DNA from: Leptonemataceae bacterium
Lineage (GTDB): Bacteria; Spirochaetota; Leptospiria; Leptospirales; Leptonemataceae
Direction: 5' to 3'
Assembly: GCA_965227295.1 (NCBI GenBank)
Contig: OZ245742.1
Coordinates: 2,880,001 to 2,944,000, forward strand
Length of the DNA: 64,000 nt
Under the pieces are notes generated by a model. The model was given only the letters and a program-made list of their open reading frames with translations, did no database searches and had not been told where the DNA came from. Positions within the stretch are counted from its first letter, which is position 1. Every line of letters begins with the position of its first letter. Position numbers and translations under genes: made by a program. This document shows, piece after piece, positions 57,973 through 64,000 of this stretch.

Positions 57973-58332
57973 GTGGCTCGCGTGCTCATAGTTGATGATG
58001 CAAAATTTATGCGTACTCTGGTGCGGGATGCTTTAACCGCGGCAGGGCACGAGATCGTCGGAGAGGCCGAAAACGGCAATCAGGCGGTCGCCATGTATGA
58101 CGAAACCAAACCGGATCTTGTGACCATGGACATCACCATGCGCGAGAAGGACGGTCTGGAGGCTGCTCAGGAGATTCTCTCTAAAGACGGAGCGGCGCGC
58201 ATCATCATGGTTACGGCTCTCGGTCAGGAGGATCTCCTGGCGAAGGCCATCAAAATGGGCGTAAAGGACTTTGTAGTCAAACCGTTCCCGCCGGAGCGTC
58301 TCCAGCAGGCCGCGGCGAAAGCCCTGAGCTGA
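57973..58332 (+). CDS. cheY: Chemotaxis response regulator CheY
   Basis: RVLIVDDAKFMR, MDITM, TALGQ, FVVKPF; GTG start after GGAGG. Confidence 0.93.
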   Translation: MARVLIVDDAKFMRTLVRDALTAAGHEIVGEAENGNQAVAMYDETKPDLVTMDITMREKDGLEAAQEILSKDGAARIIMVTALGQEDLLAKAIKMGVKDFVVKPFPPERLQQAAAKALS

Positions 58333-58413
58333 TCCGGCCTCTCTAATCACATCACCGGTACTCGTAAACGAGCGTTGGGCGTGCTTTCGCACGGACCGGA
58401 GAATAGCTATCTT

Positions 58414-59382
58414 ATGTCCAGGCCCGAGAACGAAGGCGATGCCGATGTGCAGAGCGTTGTCGACGCTCCTGCCGATGATCCGTCCCCGGCAGTGCCGGAG
58501 GCGGACGGGGACTTGAATCGTCCGGCCGAAACAGCTTCCGATACAGACGCAACGGAAGCCGAAGCCGGCGAGGCCAGCGCAGAAAACGGCGAGCAAGGCG
58601 AGGGCGGCGTTCGCGATCCCCTCGACGAATTTCCCGTTACCTGGATGAACCAGGAAGGGGAGCCCGAGCAGGGCCCGCTCTATGTCCTCTGGGAACTGAT
58701 CGAAAGCTATCGCGTCGATATCTTCGAAGTCTCGCTGCATCGTATCACCGAGGACTTTCTTCAATTCTTACGGCGTGCTGAGGAGCTGCGCGTGGAGCTG
58801 GCCTCCTCGTTTGCGGTCATGGCCTCGCGCCTCATCTATTACAAAAGCCGCGCGCTGTTGCCCGATCCCGGTTTCGAAGAGGCCGACGACGAAGCCCGCA
58901 TGCCGCCGGAACTCGTACAGCAGCTTTTGGAGTACCGCAAGTTTCAACTGGCGGCGGAGAATCTGCGCCAGTTGGACGAGACCTCGGCGGGCATGCTGAG
59001 CCGGAAGACCGGCCTCGTTCCTCACACCGGTAGCGACGACTCCAACGAGTGGCTGGATGTAAGTCTGGTGGACTTGATCCAGGCCTACTCGAACCTTCTC
59101 AATCGCCACACGGAAGAAGAGGTCGAGGAGGAGCGCTACGAGATCGAGATGGAAGAGTTCTCGGTCGCCGACAAGTCCGAGTACCTGCGCGGTCTCTTAC
59201 AGGAGAACCAGTCCTTCTCGTTCGACGAACTCTTTGAGAACATCGAGGAGATGTCCCGGGGCGAAATCATTGCGACGTTCCTGGCGCTGCTCGAGATGAC
59301 CAAGCAGGGGGAAATCATCCTGCGCCAGAAAGCCAACTTCGAAGAGATTCGCGTCTTCAAAAAGAGCGTGCTCGTCCGCTGA
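58414..59382 (+). CDS. scpA: Segregation and condensation protein A
   Basis: GPLYVLWELI...VDIFEVSL..ITEDFL, MASRLIYYKSRALLP, TFLALLEM. Confidence 0.92.
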   Translation: MSRPENEGDADVQSVVDAPADDPSPAVPEADGDLNRPAETASDTDATEAEAGEASAENGEQGEGGVRDPLDEFPVTWMNQEGEPEQGPLYVLWELIESYRVDIFEVSLHRITEDFLQFLRRAEELRVELASSFAVMASRLIYYKSRALLPDPGFEEADDEARMPPELVQQLLEYRKFQLAAENLRQLDETSAGMLSRKTGLVPHTGSDDSNEWLDVSLVDLIQAYSNLLNRHTEEEVEEERYEIEMEEFSVADKSEYLRGLLQENQSFSFDELFENIEEMSRGEIIATFLALLEMTKQGEIILRQKANFEEIRVFKKSVLVR

Positions 59383-59393
59383 CAATCGAAATC

Positions 59394-60140
59394 GTGGCTG
59401 GAATCATGATGGTCGAGCAAAACGAACAGAGCGACGAAGACGAACTGGATCGCCAGGACGAAGAGCACGACGACGGCGACGTCCAGGCCGCGTCCGCGGA
59501 CGACGAGGCGGAGCACGACCCCGAACAGGGCGAGCTGGTCCGGGTGCCGGTCAGCGAGAGCGCGGACGCCGGCCTGCCGGAGCACCGCGAACTCACCGCC
59601 GAGGAAATGGACTACTACCGCGGCCTCCTCGAAGCAGTGATCTTTATGGGCACCGAACCGGTGTCGCTTTCCGTGCTGGCGAAACGCGCCCAGCTCGATC
59701 GCGTGAACGCCCGCATCCTGGTGGACTCACTCATCGACGACTACTCCGAGCGGGACAGCGGCGTCATCCTGCGCGAAATCGCGGGGGGCTATCAGTTCAT
59801 TACGTCGGAGCGCTACAGCCTGGCGGTCAAAGAAATCTTCAAAGAACAACGTCGCGAAACTTTATCTCGCAGTACCTTAGAGACCCTCGCCATCATCGCG
59901 TACCGTCAGCCCATTACGCTGCCGGAGATCGACGACGTACGCGGCGTGAATTCCCGCGCCATGGTCACGCAACTGCTTCAGCGTAAGTTGATCAAACCCC
60001 AGGGCTACCGCCCGGTGCCGGGTCGGCCAACGCTCTACGTCACCACGCGTCAGTTTCTCTCGCACTTCGCGTTGAACTCCCTCGCCGATATGCCGCCCCT
60101 GGAGGAAGTCAAAGAACTCAAGTTCGACGACCTGGATTGA
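59394..60140 (+). CDS. scpB: Segregation and condensation protein B
   Basis: LEAVIF, AGGYQF, LSRSTLETLAIIAYRQPIT, RGVNS, PGRPTLY.TT..FL..F.L.SL.DMP. Confidence 0.95.
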   Translation: MAGIMMVEQNEQSDEDELDRQDEEHDDGDVQAASADDEAEHDPEQGELVRVPVSESADAGLPEHRELTAEEMDYYRGLLEAVIFMGTEPVSLSVLAKRAQLDRVNARILVDSLIDDYSERDSGVILREIAGGYQFITSERYSLAVKEIFKEQRRETLSRSTLETLAIIAYRQPITLPEIDDVRGVNSRAMVTQLLQRKLIKPQGYRPVPGRPTLYVTTRQFLSHFALNSLADMPPLEEVKELKFDDLD

Positions 60141-61318
60141 TGGCAGCGAGCAACGGCAACCCACCGGCCGGCGCCGACGATCTTCCTGAAGACCTGGCGG
60201 CGCTGCGTGCGGGCATCGACGAGACCGATCGCGAGATCGTGCGTTTGATTCTGCGTCGGGCCGAACTCGCGCGCAAGGTCGGCGAAACGAAGCGCAAGTC
60301 CGGCGGCGTCATCTTCCGTCCCGATCGCGAAAAGCAGGTCTACGCGAACATCGCGCGCATTGCCACCGAACTCTACGGACCGCAGCCGCCGTTTCCCGTG
60401 GAGATCCTGGAACACGTTTACCGTGAAATTATTTCCGGAAGCATCGCCATCGAAGGCGGCCCGGTCGTCGCCTATCTCGGACCACCGTCGTCGTTTTCGC
60501 ACCTGGCGACGCGACTGCGCTTCGGCGCTTCCGTGGACGCGCTGCCCGTCGACACGATTCCCGGTGTCTTTCGCGCGGTGGAGACCAGTCGCGACGCCGC
60601 CTTCGGTGTCGTGCCGGTCGATAACACGAGCGAGGGCGCGGTCGGTGTGACCCTGGATTGTTTTTTATCTTCGGAACTGCGCATCTACTCCGAGCACTAC
60701 ATCCGCGTGGAACTGAATCTCATGCGCAAAGCGCCGGCGAACGGAGACGGGCCGTCCGGCGCGGACGTCGATCTCTCGGATGTGCGCAAGATCTATACGA
60801 TCAAGATCGCGAAGGACCAGTGCCGGCAGTGGCTGGAGAATCATTTAAACATGCGCCGCGTGGAGATCGTGGAGACTTCCAGTACTGCCGCGGCGGCGAA
60901 ACTCGTCGCCGAACGCGGGGATGGCGTGGCCATCGCCTCGGAACTCGCGGCGGAAATGTACGGCCTGGAAATTCTGCGCCGGGGCATTCAGGACAAGGCC
61001 TACAACGTTACGCGTTTTTTCGTGATCGGCACCGAGCAGTGCCCGCCCACCGGAGACGACAAGACGTCGTTCGTCTGCGCGTTGCACGATCGTCCCGGGA
61101 GTCTGTACCAGATGCTCAAGCCCTTCGAGGAACGCGGCATCAATCTTACGCGCATCGAATCCCGGGCGAACCGCGGCACCATTCGCGGCTACAACTTCTT
61201 CGTGGACTGCACCGGCCATCACCAGGATCCGCAGTTGCAGGGTATCCTGGATGAGGTGGAAGAACACACCACCATGCTGAAAATCCTCGGCAGTTATCCG
61301 CGCATGAATCCGCCGTGA
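60140..61318 (+). CDS. pheA: Chorismate mutase/prephenate dehydratase
   Basis: LRAGIDETDREI...RPDRE, AYLGPPSSFSH, SSTAAAA, NVTRFFVIG, DKTS, INLTRIESR, LGSYP. Confidence 0.95.
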   Translation: MAASNGNPPAGADDLPEDLAALRAGIDETDREIVRLILRRAELARKVGETKRKSGGVIFRPDREKQVYANIARIATELYGPQPPFPVEILEHVYREIISGSIAIEGGPVVAYLGPPSSFSHLATRLRFGASVDALPVDTIPGVFRAVETSRDAAFGVVPVDNTSEGAVGVTLDCFLSSELRIYSEHYIRVELNLMRKAPANGDGPSGADVDLSDVRKIYTIKIAKDQCRQWLENHLNMRRVEIVETSSTAAAAKLVAERGDGVAIASELAAEMYGLEILRRGIQDKAYNVTRFFVIGTEQCPPTGDDKTSFVCALHDRPGSLYQMLKPFEERGINLTRIESRANRGTIRGYNFFVDCTGHHQDPQLQGILDEVEEHTTMLKILGSYPRMNPP

Positions 61319-62277
61319 GCCTGCACGAACACAAACCAGACGACGGCGAGTTCCGTTCTATTTTGATTTACGGCATGGGTATGATGGGCGCGTCCCTGGC
61401 CCATGCGTTGCGACATCATTCTTCGGCGCGAGTCGCGGGCGTGGTGCGCAGCGATTCCAGCGCGGCCTTCCTGCGCGGCCACAACCTGGCCGACGAGGTC
61501 CTGGTAATCCCCGACGAGGAAGCCGCCGCCGGCCTGGACCTCGGGCCGTACGATCTCATTGTGCTGGGTACGCCGGTGTCTTCCGTGCTGAAACTGGCCG
61601 GGGCGCTTTCGTTAAGTTCGTTTCGTGGCATCTTAACGGACATGTCCTCGACGCGTCGGGACGTGCAGGCGGCCTTCGCCGGCAAAGACGACGTGACCTT
61701 CGTGGGTTCGCATCCCATGTGCGGTTCCGAGGATCGCGGGCCGCAGGCGGCGGTGCCGGAGTTGTTCTTGAATCGATTGTGTATTCTTACCCCGCTCCAA
61801 CCCGACGAGCGTCCGCATCTTCCGGAGGCGGTGTATGCCTCGGCGCTGGCGCGCGTCGAATCGTTCTGGCAGAGCCTCGGTATGAAGACCTTCGTCCTGG
61901 ACGCCGACGATCACGATGAGGTACTCGCCTACTTGAGTCACGGCCCGCACTTGATTTCGAGTTTGCTTTCGCTCTGGGCGGAGTCGCCGGCCGTGCTGAA
62001 CGCGGGCGAGCGCGCGCCCATGCCGATCACCGGGGGCGGTTTCAAAGGCATGGCGCGCATTGCGGGATCGAATCCGGAAATGTGGACGGCCATCTTGCAG
62101 AGCAATCGCGATCACTTACGCGCGGCCATGCGCGGCTTTCGCGCGCAACTTGACGCCCTGATCGATGACCTCGACAAGGCTCTCCCCGGTGATGCGGACA
62201 GCGAACGCTGGCAGGAGTGGTTTCGCCGGGCGCGCCTCGCTCGCAATCGTCTCTGTGGTTATCCGGAGGACGAGTGA
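61315..62277 (+). CDS. tyrA: Prephenate dehydrogenase
   Basis: YGMGMMGASLA, TDMSST, FVGSHPMCGSE, HDEVLAYLSHGPHL, RIAGSNPEMW. Confidence 0.92.
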   Translation: MSLHEHKPDDGEFRSILIYGMGMMGASLAHALRHHSSARVAGVVRSDSSAAFLRGHNLADEVLVIPDEEAAAGLDLGPYDLIVLGTPVSSVLKLAGALSLSSFRGILTDMSSTRRDVQAAFAGKDDVTFVGSHPMCGSEDRGPQAAVPELFLNRLCILTPLQPDERPHLPEAVYASALARVESFWQSLGMKTFVLDADDHDEVLAYLSHGPHLISSLLSLWAESPAVLNAGERAPMPITGGGFKGMARIAGSNPEMWTAILQSNRDHLRAAMRGFRAQLDALIDDLDKALPGDADSERWQEWFRRARLARNRLCGYPEDE

Positions 62278-62296
62278 GGCGGTCGATCAAACTCTT

Positions 62297-63034
62297 ATGA
62301 AGAATGCGAACACAACCAACTCCGATCACAAGGTCGTCGCCCTGGACGGGCCGGCGGGGTCGGGCAAAAGCACCGTTGCGGGGCGCCTGGCGCGGCGTTT
62401 GAACATGATCCACGCCGATTCCGGGGCCATGTACCGCACGTTGACTCTCGCGTGCATGGATCGTGTGGGGGCCGGCGAGAGTCCGGCGGACTTTTCCGAA
62501 CGGCTGGACGCGGCGAACCTGGACCCGACAAGCCTGGGCGTGGAAGTGGTGATGGATTCCGGCGACGGTTCCGAAGCGCGTCAGTCGAACCGGATCGACG
62601 GTAGAGATGTGGGCGATCGCATTCGCACGCCGGAAGTGACCGCTCGCATTCGTTACATTGCGGATTCGGTGGCGTTTCGGGAAGTGGTCAACGATTTGCT
62701 GAGAGACTTCGCCCGGCAGACGGACCTGGTCGTGGACGGCCGGGACATCGGCACGGTTGTGTTTCCCGACACGCCGTTTAAGTTCTTTCTCGAAGCTTCC
62801 GTGGAAGTGCGGGCGGAGCGGCGCCGACAGGACTTTCTGGCCCAGGGCAAGGCCGCGGACGACATCCCCCTGGAGCAGTTGCAACGCGAAATCGCCGATC
62901 GGGATGAACAGGATCGCCGACGCCCCGTGGGAGCGTTGCGCCAGGCGGATGACGCCATTTTGATTGACACTTCTTCCCTCGATGTGGATGCTGTCGTTCA
63001 CAGGGTCCTGAGTCATTTACAAATAGAGTTTTGA
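62297..63034 (+). CDS. cmk: Cytidylate kinase
   Basis: ALDGPAGSGKSTVA, DSGAMYR, DGRDIGTVVFP, RAERR, RDEQD. Confidence 0.96.
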   Translation: MKNANTTNSDHKVVALDGPAGSGKSTVAGRLARRLNMIHADSGAMYRTLTLACMDRVGAGESPADFSERLDAANLDPTSLGVEVVMDSGDGSEARQSNRIDGRDVGDRIRTPEVTARIRYIADSVAFREVVNDLLRDFARQTDLVVDGRDIGTVVFPDTPFKFFLEASVEVRAERRRQDFLAQGKAADDIPLEQLQREIADRDEQDRRRPVGALRQADDAILIDTSSLDVDAVVHRVLSHLQIEF

Positions 63035-63115
63035 TCTCCCCTGCCATTTTTACTCAACGCCTCGCCCGAGCGCAGCAACTTCAATCTCTAAGCTTTTTGG
63101 AATCTACGAACCCCG

Positions 63116-64000
63116 ATGACGGTGCACGCCTCTACCCCGTTTGATCTCGATAAAGAAGAACTCGACTCCATGGAAGAGATCATCGGCTCTTTCAACGGAG
63201 AGTCGGAGCCGGCGAGCATTCAGTCCGGCAACATCATCGAAGCGCGGGTCCTGGACGTGGACGAACGCGACGTTTTCCTCGACATCGGCCAGAAGCAGGA
63301 CGGACGTTGTGCCGTCTCCGAATTCGAAGAGCCGCCGGCCCCCGGCGACACCGTGCGCGTCGTAGTACTTCAGACCCAGACCGACGGCATGATCCGCCTC
63401 TCCCGCAAAGAGGCCGATCGTCGCATTGCCTGGGAGAACTTAAAAGAGGCCGCGGAGGCCGACGCGTCGCTGTCCGGTGTCGTGGAGAAAGCTGTGAACC
63501 ACGGCTACATCGTGGACTGCGGCGGGGTGAGTTTGTTCATGCCGCTTTCCCACAGCGATCTCAAGAATCGCAAGGGCAAGCTGGAAGTCGGCAAGGCCGT
63601 GGACTTCAAGATCCTGGAACTGCGCGAGCGGCATCGCTCGGCCGTGGTCAGCCATCGCCTGGTCATTGAACAACGCAACGACGAGAACTGGAACGAGCTC
63701 GCCGAAAAGTTGAACGAGGGCGACGTGACCGAGGGCACCGTCTCCAAGAAGGTATCCTTCGGCGTGTTTGTGAACGTGCTCGGCGTCGAAGGTCTGCTGC
63801 ATCAATCGGACATCTCCTGGAAAAAGTACGCTCCGTTTAAGAATCGTTTCAAGGTCGGCGAAACCGTGCAGGTGAAAATCCTCGGCATGGATCGCGAAAA
63901 CAATCGGCTGTCCCTGGGACTCAAGCAACTCGTCGAGGATCCCTGGACCTGGGCGGAACGCGAGATCAAAGAAGGCGACGTCGTGCGCGGCACCGTTACC
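63116..64000 (+). CDS. rpsA: 30S ribosomal protein S1 (partial, runs off the right edge)
   Basis: Manual translation: S1 repeats VFLDIGQKQDG, FMPLS, FGVFVNVLGVEGLLHQSDISW, RLSLGLKQL..DPW; follows cmk. Confidence 0.95.
   Translation, partial: MTVHASTPFDLDKEELDSMEEIIGSFNGESEPASIQSGNIIEARVLDVDERDVFLDIGQKQDGRCAVSEFEEPPAPGDTVRVVVLQTQTDGMIRLSRKEADRRIAWENLKEAAEADASLSGVVEKAVNHGYIVDCGGVSLFMPLSHSDLKNRKGKLEVGKAVDFKILELRERHRSAVVSHRLVIEQRNDENWNELAEKLNEGDVTEGTVSKKVSFGVFVNVLGVEGLLHQSDISWKKYAPFKNRFKVGETVQVKILGMDRENNRLSLGLKQLVEDPWTWAEREIKEGDVVRGTVT

Noticed and set aside
1..64000. tRNA, rRNA or prophage genes
   Set aside because: None recognised in intergenic regions or ORFs by manual inspection.

Overview
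GC-rich chromosomal window. The gene content (spiro-SPASM protein, SurA-like lipoprotein, LolA-like sorting protein, DUF1566/Ig-like lipoprotein, the zapB-zapA-6S-cheWABY-scpAB-pheA-tyrA-cmk-rpsA run) points to a spirochaete, most likely a Leptospiraceae member; this is an inference. Left to right: a large minus-strand Ig-like/DUF1566 lipoprotein missed by the ORF track (runs off the left edge); a Rhizobium-type glycerol ABC transporter set (glpS, T, P, V) interleaved with unrelated genes; dusB-surA-spiroSPASM-spsF-spsG; assorted metabolic and envelope genes; a complete IS1182-family element whose transposase is split at an A8 run; typA, pabBC, glyA, infC-rpmI-rplT; zapB-zapA-6S RNA-5-FTHF cyclo-ligase; a chemotaxis operon with a CheA-CheC fusion; then scpAB, pheA, tyrA, cmk and a partial rpsA. 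Most notable signals: (1) a 16-bp 7-2-7 palindrome TGTAGGA-AC-TCCTACA found six times within about 12 kb, five of them inside coding sequences; (2) the spiro-SPASM/SpsF/SpsG module near a catalytically altered DegT-like protein; (3) two Flavo-1-like structured intergenic elements with covariation; (4) several pseudo-enzymes. No CRISPR array, rRNA or tRNA was recognised. All calls come from manual motif recognition; no searches were run.
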